From Podarcis vaucheri (lineage: Eukaryota): a stretch of DNA of 64,000 nucleotides. Positions within the stretch are counted from its first letter, which is position 1, and each line of letters begins with the position of its first letter. The notes beneath the pieces were generated by a model, which saw only the letters and a program-made list of their open reading frames with translations, was not told the origin of the DNA and did no database searches. The stretch lies in the NCBI GenBank assembly GCA_965113315.1, contig OZ220365.1; one strand, given 5' to 3'. A program made the position numbers and the translations under genes. This document shows positions 52,550 to 64,000 of the stretch, piece by piece.

Positions 52550-54473
52550 AGAATTGAGAACTTCACGTTATTCACAGTCACAAATATAGCATTACAAATG
52601 AAAAGAGAATGATAAAAGAGCCTTACAGAAACTGACTGAGTACGAGGAGTATCGGGCTTCAAGTTAAATAAAGAAAAATCTAAATTATTAACGAAAAATA
52701 TGGGGGTAAAGGAACAGGAAGAATTGGAAAGGGTAACAGGCCTTAAAATCACCATGAAATCTAAGTATTTGGGGATCTGGATTACAAATAAAAATACCAA
52801 TTTGTACGAAGATAATTATGTGAAGAACTGGAACGAAATAAAAGGATATTTAAATAAATGGAGAAAAGTTGAAGTTGTTTTTATGGGGTAGGATATCCTT
52901 GATAAAAATGTCAATTCTCCCCAAAATGCTCTTTCTTTAAAGGCTGGCAAAGGGATATTTCCAATTTTATTTGGCAGAGTAAGAAGCCAAGAATAAGGTT
53001 CAAAGTATTGATGGAGCCTAGAGAAAGGGGCGGGTTCGCAGTCCCAGACCTCAGGCTGTATTTTGAGGCCGCATGCATGACGTGGCTGAAAGATCAGATG
53101 TTACGGACATCCTAGACCTGGAGGGCTGGGACAAAGTTTTTGGGTGGCATGGCTACCTGGATCATGATAAAATAAAAGCACATAGAGGCTTTACTAATCA
53201 TTTGGTGAGAAAGGCTCTATTTGAAGTTTGGGAAAGAAAGAAAACAACAGTAACAGCCAAAACTCACTGGTGGCTGTCGTCTATAGAGTCATCAGCCATG
53301 CATAGAAATAATATGAAAGGCAGTTGGCTAACATATAGGGAACTCGTAGAAGAGATAAAGGATTGCCTGACAGTAAAGAAGTTTGAAGAATTAAAAGAGA
53401 GGGGGGTGAATTGGTTAGAATATTTCCAATTAAAAACAATATTTGAGAAGGATAATAAACTTAAGGGGTTTAATAAATAAATCTCGGTATGGGAGAAGGA
53501 AATCTTATACAACAACCAACAGACTCTCTCAAAAATATATAAATTGTTACAAAATGGGAAAATAGAAAAGGAGGAAAAAGGTGACACAATTAAAAAATAG
53601 GAACAAGATCTGGGCCACTCAATTGAATGTAATGAATGGGAAAGACTATGGACAAAAAATATAAATTTCACGGCATGTTACCTAATAAGAGAGAACTATA
53701 TGAAAATGCGTCATAGGTGGTACCTGGCGCCAAAATCGCTGGCAAAAATGAATAAAACCTATAATAATAAGTGCTGGAGATGTAAGAAACAAAAAGGAAC
53801 CTTCTACCATATGTGGTGGACATGCCCCGAAATTGGGAAATTTTGGAGCATGGTCAACGAAGAAATAAAGAAAATACTAAGAATATCATATAGTAAAAGG
53901 CCAGAGGCATTCCTGTTAGGAATTTTAAATGACGATATTCCAAAAGACAAAACTAGATTTTTCTTATACGCGATGTCTGCAGCAAGAATCCTGGTGGCTA
54001 AGTATTGGAAAAGGAATCAGTTACCCACTAGGGGAGAATGGTTATGTAAGCTTTCAGAATATTTAGAATTAGCCAAATTGACAGATATAATAAGGCAAAA
54101 ACAAAAAAGTGAAGTGAAAAAGGAATGGGAGTGCCTAAATGAATACCTTAAAAGCCAAGGTTCGAAGACAGAAATCTGGCTGAGTCTGGAATAACCTTGT
54201 GAAGTGAAAGGATAAGAAAGAGTGATATATATCTAGATGTTAGGATAGAGATGATAAGGAAAACATAAAGATACAATGAGAGGTAAAGGAGGTGCTATGG
54301 GATTGGTGGAAGTCAATGTTTGTTTTCCTTTTTAGTGTTCATATTATTAAATTGTAAGATTTGAATTTGTTTTTTATATGCTTGTTTTTGTGTTTTGTGT
54401 ATTGTTATTTTTGGGGGGTTTTTTGTTGTGTGGAAAATACTAATAAAATTTACTATTTAAAAAGAAAAGAAAA
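52550..54473 (+). mobile_element. L1, 5'-truncated (end of RT to poly-A), degraded
   Basis: SGFKLNKEKS, KYLGIWIT, ERGGFAVPDL, CWRCKKQKGTFYHMWWTC, PEAFLLG; AATAAA at ~54442 and A-rich tail. Confidence 0.92.
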
Positions 54474-54591
54474 GTGAATGTTAGAATTGTTGTATTGTAG
54501 AGGCCTTTTAAAGGCTTTTTGCAAGAAACAGAGCACCACATTTTGAATTTGTAGATTCATCCAAAGGAAGTGGTTCTTCTTGCCTGACATG

Positions 54592-55030
54592 TGTAATAAT
54601 AATAATAGGGGTTGCTCGTGCGTAAGTTGCCGCCACCCCTGGCAAGGTTGCCTGGTTAAACCTTTTCTGTCCGGACAGCCCTTCACTTCGTGGCTGTTTC
54701 AGTCGCTAGCAGAATCTGTCAGTGGGCGTTTCTTAAACCTTTTCCAGCATAAAAGCTGTTTGACCCCAAGTCTCCTCCTACTCTCCCTGCGCAGAAGTCT
54801 TCTGCGCTGGGAGGGTGTGGGTAGCGGAGGACCCGTGCTCTCCCCGCTAGTCTCCGGCGAGGAGTCCTGGAGCCCCCTCGCCGATTCCCCCATCTGCCCC
54901 CCCTTTATCCCTGGTGTTACGCTGATTTCCTTCCCCAGCTGATGAGCTGCCTCTCTCCCTGCTGGGCCCTTCTCCAGCATCACTTGGGAGCCTTGCCTCC
55001 GCCTCTGGCTCCGATGTCAGTTCCCTGACA
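54592..55030 (-). mobile_element. solo LTR, family B copy 2 (Gypsy-like), 439 bp
   Basis: Minus strand TGTCAGG...TTACA; perfect 5-bp TSD ACATG (54587-54591 and 55031-55035). Confidence 0.85.
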
Positions 55031-56035
55031 ACATGTAAACATCACATTTCTTGGCATTTCTTTGAGGTATTTCCATATCAAAAATAGGTACATAGACCAG
55101 ATTTATACCTATTCTTTCAACCATGATTAAGGACACCATGTTACACAAATATTTATTTACATTGTCATCCCTGTCCATTAGCCTTCCAGTTTCACTTAGA
55201 TTCCTTTCATTTATCTATTTATTGCCTTCATGAGTTTTGCAGCTGTGAAAAGATTTGAAATTAATGAGTGAAGTGCTTTGGGTTTTGGTAAAAATCAATG
55301 ATACAGGAGCTTGAGAGACACTGGTTTTTTATCTAATAAAGCTCTAATTATAAATACTGCTCTACCTACTTGGAATCCAGCTTTCTGGGTGCTGCTTTTC
55401 TTCCTATAAATCAAAAGATGGCGGCCCACAGAAGAGATACCATCAACAAAATGCTGAACTAAAGTTGCCACTTAATTTTGCTGTATGTACTCACACGGGG
55501 ATCATAATGTCAAAGGAGATACTCCTGGTAGATCACAGTTATTACCGCTGAGCAGCCTGCATTGGAAAGTGGAAGTAACTGCTGCAATCCTTCATGACCG
55601 CCTTCTCTTATGCCGTTTACTTGAATAGACAACGCAAGAGGAACCTAAGGAAAATAACATATGAACCAGCTCTGAGACATGTGAGAGCATGTGCCCTCTA
55701 ATCTAGTCATTCTCTGCATTGTGCACAAAGGGGGCGCTGGCGATTGTCATGTTCCTGTTCCACCCCCATGAATATTTTGTGAATATTTGAACAGGGCTAA
55801 GGTTAGGAAGAATCCATCATAAACTTCCAATTCTGCCTTGGTGCTCAGTGTCAGCTTCATAATTCCTTTGAATTGTGACTACTCTTCGTAAAAAAAAAAG
55901 GGCAGTCAAGACAGTATAAACATGATTGTATTGCCCTGAGTCTTCCAAATGATGCTTCTGAGATTGGCATCATGTTCACTACAGTGCCTTAGCTGGATCT
56001 GTAATGTTGTTTTGGGGGTTTGCTATCTTTTGCAG

Positions 56036-56211
56036 ACACAATGTTTGGCAGAAGAAGATCAGAAAAGTGGTGTGTGCCCAAGCTCCCCAGTGCGAGCTGC
56101 ACCAGACTCCCCTACTACTCAAGGGCGTTCTCTGAGATACCGCCGTGTGAACAGCCCTGAGTCTGAGCGCCTCTCCACTGCTGATGGGAAAGGAGATCAG
56201 CACGAGCGAAG
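56036..56211 (+). CDS. TTBK1: TTBK1 coding exon (TQCLAEED...[13 protein letters not shown]...[18 protein letters not shown]...ERR)
   Basis: tcttttgcag|ACA ... CGAAG|gtttgt; 176 nt, phase 0 to 2. Confidence 0.94.
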
Positions 56212-56273
56212 GTTTGTTTATGGTCCACATGGACTTTTTATTATTTACTTATTTAGAAAATTTATATACCACT

Positions 56274-57030
56274 TGTCAGAGCTGCCTCCAGATCCGAGCT
56301 CACAGAGGATCACGCTAGCCAGCATTCACTGTATAAAAGTCTTTATTGATTTACAGTTTCCATTTTCAAGCTGTAGCGCGCAACTCTACGTCTTATAAGC
56401 TAGACCGGCGAAGCTCTGTCTGAGTCTCCGCCTCCTGTACACCAACTTAATACCCTAGCCTTACTCCACCTTTTCCTCCTGACCGTTCTTCTCTGGGTCC
56501 CTCTGCCCCCCGTGGTCTCTTCCTTCCGGGTCTCTTCTGACGCTGACCCCCCGGACCCTTCTGTCTCCTTGCGGCGGGCTTTAGGACCTGGCTCCCTTTC
56601 CAGGCTGCTTACTGTGCCGCCTTCCTGTGCATTTGAACTTGGCGCGCGCGCCCAACCTCCCACTTTCCGTTTGACCATTTCTTCTCTCTCCGATGGAGGT
56701 GTGGCCACTCCTGACTCATGTCCTCCCCCCTGCGGCGAGCCGCCTGATCCCGATGCCTGGCGTCCTTCTCCCCCACTGCGCTCTGTTGGGGATGTTGGCC
56801 CCGATTTCCAACTGCTGCTCTCTGAACCCCCTTTTGTCCCTTCTTCCTGGGGTGTCCCCCTAAGCTCCCCCCTTGCTCTGGTCACTGGCGCTCCTTTCTG
56901 TGAATCTTCCGATTCACTGGAAAGACTCGGAGATCTTGGGTCGTCGTCATCGCTCATCTTTCCTTCGGACTCCTCCCCTTCACTCTCTGTTTCCTCCCTT
57001 GCCCTCGCCTCTGCTCCTGAACCCCTGACA
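56274..57030 (-). mobile_element. solo LTR, family A (Gypsy-like), 757 bp, CpG-rich and young
   Basis: TGTCAG...CTGACA termini; perfect 5-bp TSD CCACT (56269-56273 and 57031-57035); minus-strand TATAA (~56395) and AATAAA (~56342). Confidence 0.9.
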
Positions 57031-59117
57031 CCACTGAACATTTTTTACAGAAATTTATAAAATCAAAATACAAGTAAAATACAAATAAGTACATTAAATG
57101 TCAGTTTTCATTTCTTAGTACAGAAAGTATTGATCTGACGTGTAGAGATCTTTCCTATTCCTGATTAGTTCAAGAGGGTTCTAGAAAGTTTCTTCTCTGT
57201 GTGAAAGAATGTTTATTTCTATGTGAGAGAAACTGGAAGAATCCTTTCCTTTCACAAGAAATAAATCCTAGCCTTTTGTTGCTAGTCCTGAAAATCACTA
57301 GCAGAAAAACACAGTCACCAGATGCTTTTCTTCCAGTGCAGAAGTTGGCGTTGCCAAAAACCTCTCTGGAGATTTGCTGTTACACATTATATAGTGTCTT
57401 TATTACACAGAACATCATTAAAAACCTATCATTTAAAACATCAAGTCAGCAACTGAACAGGATAAAGCTTTCAAGGATCCAGATAGGCCTGGGTAGAAAA
57501 CTGAGGTTTTAGGAGATGTCTGAAGCCTTTACAGTTTAAGCTTAATAGGGTTTTATTTAAAATAACGGAAAGTTTGTTTGTGAAAGACAATGAGTTCCCA
57601 TTTCCAAGCACCATTTTGGATCCCTTTCATCCAAAATGAATGAATGTTTGGATGTACAGAGCTTACCCATTGTGGGTAGTATCCGCTGTAATACTTTCCT
57701 AAAAGAATTGTTTATTGCATGCTAAAGATTATTCTGCTGTTTTATGGTGAAGGTGACTTATGATGGCACAACATCTCAGGAACACTCTGCTGTATTCAGA
57801 TACTAATGGAAAAGGGCAGCACAATTCATTTTTATTCAAGAAAAATAACCATATTATTGGTGTTTAAATATGTTCTGCCTTAAGAGTAATGAGAGCTTTC
57901 CCAATATCAGAGAGGTCTAGAAATCCAGTTCGGATGAGGATTCTAGAAACCAAGAGGACAAGTAATATGGTTACAATCAGTTAATAAGAGGATAGGGGAT
58001 TTTTCCATTATTTTATTTAGGCTCTGGGGTTACTTTTAGTTTTATCACTAGCATGCCATCTATTTCCCCTGTTGGTGGATCTGTTTTGGGCAACTCTTTC
58101 TCCTGGAAAGGCTTGATAATTACTGATAAAATACAGCATAATATTTACTGCACGGTATGCAGTCACAGCAGGGATAACTCAAATCCAGATTGTAGATTTA
58201 TAAAAAGGTTATGAACTCATCATTTTGCACTTACTTTTTTCACTTTCAAAATATTAATACAATTGGTTCTGAGTGAAGTTTGAGAACTTTCAATGATAGG
58301 TTTTAACAGAATGAAAAAGTAGTTCATGAGATTAACACAAGATTATTAAATTTTAAAACAATCTTTATTGGTTTTTAAATAAATACAAATACGATAGCCA
58401 TTAAACACTTATCCAGCTGTACATCTAAGGGTGCTCGTTTTATCCATTGTCTTTAGATATACACTTACACAATCAATGTTCAAACATCACACAAGGTTTC
58501 TTTTGGTTGTCTGAAAGTTCTGCTTTTAAGCGATTATATGAAAACATGGACAAGAAAAGCAAGTAGCTGCCTTGTTGTGCAAAGCTGTTTGTAGGGATGG
58601 GAAGCAATATGTTCACATACCTTAAACTTCCGGATATGTATGTTCAGAATGAACCACTCACTTTTTTAAAAATTCAGGACCGTGATCTGGAACAACAAGT
58701 AGTTTCTGGAACTAAGCTCAGGTGAGCCTCTTGTTCAATTTCAGTCCTGCAGTGTGTATGCCCCTTTACTGGGGAGTATCTGTAGCAGGACAGGGGCAGT
58801 TGTATTTGGGTACTAGCAGCTAAAATCCTCCCAGGTCTGTAACAAGACCCAGGAGTGAAAGTTTTGCGCAGAGCATTCTGCAGATATTTCAGAAGGAGAG
58901 GAACATGTGGAAATATGCAAAGCAATGGGACTTCAGTTTTTAGGAGACCTTAAGTACTTAGTAAATAGCAAGTCTTGCCATGTGACTCGTGAAAGGTGCA
59001 TTCAGATGATTTGCTATTAAAAATTATATAGTGCCTTTATTGCACAAGAACTTGTGCGTATCAGTATTACACTTCAGTAAACCTTTAGTCTTAAATCTTG
59101 AGCTGAATTCTAGCGGA

Positions 59118-59480
59118 ATTCAGAGTGTTGGTGCTGACCTTTAAAGCCCTAAACGGCCTCAGCCCACAATATCTGAAGGAGGTCTCTACCTCCATTGCTC
59201 ACCCCGGAACTGAGGTCCTCCTCTGAGGGCCTTCAGGTGGTTCCCTCACTGCGAGAAGTGAAGTTACAGGGAACCAGGCAGAGGGCCTTCTGGGCAGTGA
59301 CACCCTCCCTGTGGAACGCCCTCCCATCAGATGTAAAAGAGATAAAGAACTACACAACTTTTAGAAGACACCTGAAGGCAGCCCTGAATTGGGAAGTTTT
59401 TAATGTTTGATGTTTTACTATGTTTTTATTTGTACTGTAAGCTGCCCAGATGGGTGGGTATTATTATTATTATTATTATT
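59118..59480 (+). mobile_element. L2-clade LINE 3' end
   Basis: Close match to 44411-44810 (gtgttggtgctgacctttaaagccctaaacggcctc...); (ATT)n tail. Confidence 0.9.
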
Positions 59481-59512
59481 GCTGCCCCTTAGGCTTTTTG
59501 TCTTATTTTCAG

Positions 59513-60071
59513 GTCACGAGTGGATTTGCCCTGTTCTCCTTCACGGCTAGTATGCTCTTCCCAGCCAGCACAGATGCTGTCCATTGACACCGGACAGGTA
59601 GACAGGCAGGCAAGTGGCAGGATGGATGTGTCTGCTTCTGTGGAGCATGAAGCCCTCAGCAATGCTTTCCGATCGGTACCCCTGGCTGAGGAGGAGGACT
59701 TTGACAGCAAAGAGTGGGTTATAATTGATAAGGAAACGGAACTGAAGGACTTCCACCCTGGTGCTGAACCAAGCACATCTGGAACAACAGATGAAGAGCC
59801 CGAGGAGCTGAGGCCTATTGAAGAGGGTGACGAGAGAAGGCGACTGGGGGCAGAAGCGGCAGTGAGGCCGAAAATTCATGATGGGAGAACCCGGGGTATG
59901 CAGCCTGTGGCTGAGGAGGACACTTCCCACAGACATGAAGGGCATTGTCAGTCAGTCTCTGACAGCAAACATGAACAGCAACCAGGAAGCCCCACACAGT
60001 CCCCCTTATATTCAGCACCAGCTATCCGACAGCGGAGACGAGAATCTGAGCCTACTGGTCCTGAGAGACAG
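59513..60071 (+). CDS. TTBK1: TTBK1 coding exon ([11 protein letters not shown]...[22 protein letters not shown]...[13 protein letters not shown])
   Basis: tattttcag|G TCA ... CAG|gtaaga; 559 nt, phase 2 to 0. Confidence 0.95.
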
Positions 60072-62124
60072 GTAAGACATTCAAAATAAGCACCGTTCAT
60101 CCTTTTTTTGCTTTAGTTCCCATTTCGATTGTATAAAGTTGTTGCCTCTAGGAAAACGTCCCCACCCCCAATCTGTCGCAGAGAATTCTTACTCTGCTGT
60201 ACCAGATTCCAGAGGTATGTTTTCAATATGAGTATTATTATGGCACCAGCATCAAGAATATTTAATTAAGGCCATTAAGCTGGTCTCCGACCGTAATAAA
60301 TTATCATCATCATCATCAGTTAAGACCACCGTTGAAAGTGGGATGACATGAACTCTCCTCGATGCAAAAAAGTGTCAAAACATAGATGTTCAGTGGATTT
60401 CCCCATTAGGTTCCTGTATGCCCTTTCTGCCCCTCTGAAATCCCCCACTTCCACCCCTGTGCTCCTCGTTCTGTGTTTCCATTCCTTTCTATGCTGCGAA
60501 GAGAAGAGACATAGGTAGGCAGGCAGACATGTGCACATGTGAATTTGAAGTCCAAACCACAGTGTGTAGTGCCTAGAGTGTCATTCCAGAGGAAGCAACA
60601 CTACTCTAGTAACTGCACTCTGTGGTTGGTGGTCCAAGCTCACATGTGCTCCATACTGATTGCTTACCTGTGTCTTTTCACTTCCACCTCTTGGTGGCAG
60701 CTTGAACAAAGTGAAAACATAGGAGGTTCCTAGGGACAGGGTGAAGATATGAGAAGTGCTGGGGGGGGGGGTATGAGAGTACAGAGGGTGCTGTATGTTG
60801 GAGGCCACATTGAGTGAAGCTGCGGGATGCTCTTAGCCCATGGACACAGCTTGTTCAGCTCTGCTGTAGGATGAGGCAGATTTGTAAGGATTTTGCTGGG
60901 CCACAGCAGAGCTCACTGAAAACAGTTTCAGCTAAGTGGCTAAGATATATGGGTGGGAATTCTTTCCATCATTTCATGGTATTAGAATGGGGGGTGCACT
61001 TTAATGCTTTTCTGGGCAGGTAGTACTATAGTTGAAAACAAATGGTAAGTGGGGCTCTGTAAATATGATCCCTGGGGCAGATCTTCAGCAGCCTCTTGCT
61101 GGCAGCTTGGGTGTGGGGAAGGTTGCTGGCTGTGAGTCTGGAGGCTTGGTTTCTCCTCTAGCTGTTTCCTCCCCAGAGATTGGGCATCTAGTCTTACTGG
61201 AGCATGCCAGTCCTTCCTGGCTGTCCCTTCCTCAGCTAGGTCAGTGCCCATGTCCAGCAACTGTGTCTTCTTCTATTCATGATCCATGTCCAGGTTCATC
61301 AGGGGAAGAAACAGTAGGTTATCATAATAACTTTTGTTAGGTTAAATGTGGGGGAGAAATAGCAATTCAGTTTTCTTTCAGTGCTGGAGTTTCCCCCAAA
61401 TATTACTGCCATTCAGAACGTTTATGCTATAAAGTGATAGAAAGTTAAAGGAACTTCCTATAGCACCTTTGGGTAAACTAAAGAAAATGAGTTATTACTA
61501 AAATAATGTACGCAAAGCACTTTTAGCACTCTAAAGTGCTATATAAATGCTAAGCGTTATAGGGAAAATGTTATCTAGTAGACACCAGGGAGACGAACAT
61601 GGTAAATGACTCCCAGGTATCCTGCTGAAATGAACTAAAATGCCATACTTCTTCACCAGGCTCCCAAATATACCTGCTTGTGTTTCCTTTGTTCCCAATT
61701 ACACCTTTCTAGCTGTTTCCTTAAAAAAATTATTTATCCAGTAGCTAGGTTGTTCCATGAATCAAGCCATTTCTGCATTTGGTTGAATAATCTATGTTTT
61801 CTAACTCATTGCTTAAGTTCGTAGCTGTGTAAAAAAAACAAAAAGCAAAACAAAACCAGAGCTCTAAACATTAATAATTGAATTAATGTGTTGTGAAGTT
61901 ACACAAATAACTCTTAATACATAGATCTTGAGGGGAACAAATGTGTGGATATTGGGGCAGTGGTTGAACGGAGAAAAGAAAAGGCTGCTTGTATTCTGAT
62001 AGTGTCCAAAGGAAAGAAATCCTGCACTTGAATCTTCATTATGGTGCAGGACAAAGGAAGCCAATAATAGGCAGGATTAAAGTTGAGAAGATGCTATTTG
62101 TGCAACATTTTTACTATCCTGGGT

Positions 62125-62126
<2 letters not shown>

Positions 62127-62161
<35 letters not shown>
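62127..62161. repeat. (CA)n microsatellite
   Basis: Direct reading. Confidence 0.95.
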
Positions 62162-62163
<2 letters not shown>

Positions 62164-62889
62164 CATTTTGAGACTTGAATCTTGCTCACTGTAGATCTCA
62201 CTAAAGAAAGTTCTAGCTGCTTCAGGCTTGTGATTTTGAGAGATGTTCCTCTGTAATTTGATACCAATAACATGAACTAGACCGGTTACATAGGATTCTT
62301 GTGAGTTCCTAAAATCCTTTAATCCCGTCATATAGATGATGAGCAAAGGCTTATCCTCTGTGAGAAAATAGTGTCTCTAAATATGTCATGAGGCATTCCT
62401 ATGTTGCTTTTTAAAGTCAATTCTGTCCCTTTAATTAATTAAACTGCCCAGGGATCAATTTTGTTAAAGAGTGGTCTACAGATCTTTTAATTAACAAATA
62501 CAATGAAGACTTGTTTGCTAGTTCCAGCCACTGGATCACAAGAACACAATGCTTTTAAGCTACTGGCCAGATTTCCCTTTTCAGTGGTTTCAATTATTCT
62601 TTGAAAAATGCTGAAATACTGATTTTGTGGCAGCCAAACATTCCCTATTTTTCCCTTTCATCTTCCTAGTATTATTATTAATGTCACCAAATTTGCAAGT
62701 ACTTTTCAATGACTTTTTAAAAGGTAGGATTTTAAGGGGGAGAGACCATGAGAGGGAAATATTCAGCTTTGGTAAGGAATATCAGAACTTTTTTTTTTTT
62801 AATAATGTCTTTTTTGTGGCAAATATCCCCTTTGGGGGCAAGGTGTTCGAGAAGATGACGGCAGCCTAGTTTCAGGCAAGCTTGAAGGA

Positions 62890-64000
62890 AGCTGATTATT
62901 TGGTCACATTTCAGTCCGGTTCCAGGTCTCGTCATGGCACTGAAACTGCTTTGGTTGCCCTGCTTGGTTGCATTTGTTGGGAGACAAATGGGGTGAATGT
63001 CACTCTGCTCATTCTCCTTGACCTCCCTATGGCTTTTAAAATCTTTGGCCATGATATCCTTGTAGAGAGCTCTCCAGACTGGGGTTGGGAAACACTGCAT
63101 TACAGTGGAGCCATTTTGAGAAAGTAGCTATGGCACCATGGGAGTTCTCTGGCATCCTGCAGGGTTACATCTTGCCCCCCCATGCTATTTAATACCTTTT
63201 GAAGCTGCTGTGAGATGTCTTCAGGAGATTTGGAGAAAGGTGCCATCAACGTGCAGGTGATGCATAGCTCCATCTCTCCATTCCCTCCGAATCAGACGAT
63301 GCGGTTCAAGTGTTAGACCAGTGTTTGGAAGCAGTAATGGATTTGATGTAGGCCAATAAATTGAAGCTGAATCCTGGTAAGACAGAGGTGTTAACAGGGT
63401 TCTGAGTCGTGTTGAGAAGGTGGGGAGGTGGCCTGTTCTGGATGGGGTTGCAGTTCTGTAACTTGTGGGTACTCCTGGATCCAAACCTTGGCACTGAAGT
63501 GGCTAGGACTGCCTGTTTCCAGCTGTGACCCCTTTTGGACAGAAATGACTTGGCCACTGTACTCTATGTTCCGGTAACTTCCAGATTGGATTATTGTAGC
63601 ACACTCTTTGTGGGGTGCTCTTAAAGACACACTGGCAATTTCAACTGGTCCAAAGTGCAGCAGTCAGATTATTGGCTTGGGTTCCCATTTAGAATTAACT
63701 CCTGTTCTAAAGCAGCTGTACTGATTGCCAGTTCACTTGTAGGCACAAGGCAAGGTGCTTAAATTAGTGTCCAAATCCCTAAATGACTTCGGTCCCAAAT
63801 ATCTGAAAGAGAGCTCCTTTCCTACAGAGTGCCTTGGGTGTTAAGATCAGCAGAGGAGGCCCTCTTGTTATTTGCATCGCCACCCTTGGGTGTGGTGGCC
63901 TGGAGGTGAGGACACAATTCCCTAAACTCTGGGATTCCCTCCCCACAGAACTGCACCCAGCACCTTCACTGTATTGCTTTTGTCATATGCTGAAGAAATG
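62890..64000 (+). mobile_element. degraded L2-clade LINE (RT region), runs off window end
   Basis: FQSG.R..HGTETALVAL, LLILLDL..AF, LKLNPGKTEV, RLDYCS motifs with many lesions. Confidence 0.85.

Noticed and set aside
56512-57060. 182-aa plus-strand Pro/Ser-rich ORF as a TTBK1 exon or nested gene
   Set aside because: It is the antisense of a purine-rich LTR and is A-poor, so stop-depleted; TTBK1 exons 56211 and 59513 join in frame without it.

Overview
Vertebrate genomic DNA, not prokaryotic. It is very probably a squamate reptile, and the Sauria SINE type suggests a lacertid lizard (inference). The window is the interior of the TTBK1 (tau-tubulin kinase 1) gene on the + strand. Eleven GT-AG coding exons (21109-60071; 1863 nt, 621 codons) splice into one uninterrupted frame covering almost the whole CK1-family kinase domain and the following TTBK1-specific region. 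The first coding exon and the 3' exons were not found here. The introns are rich in transposons: the 5' 3 kb of a nearly intact antisense LINE-1, 3' fragments of L1, CR1, L2 and BovB, Sauria SINEs, Tc1/pogo/hAT MITEs and several solo LTRs. Best leads: (1) two families of TGTCA-type solo LTRs whose first 330-630 nt form a reading frame, with a synonymous-substitution excess between two copies, suggesting a protein-coding LTR; (2) a candidate 81-nt poison exon inside the kinase-coding region; (3) a 72-bp target-site duplication around a Sauria SINE; (4) a near-intact, 5'-complete L1; (5) a GCATG-rich hairpin; (6) inverted repeats bracketing in-frame exon blocks (circRNA potential). Repeat-family names come from motif recognition only, and boundaries of old repeats are approximate.
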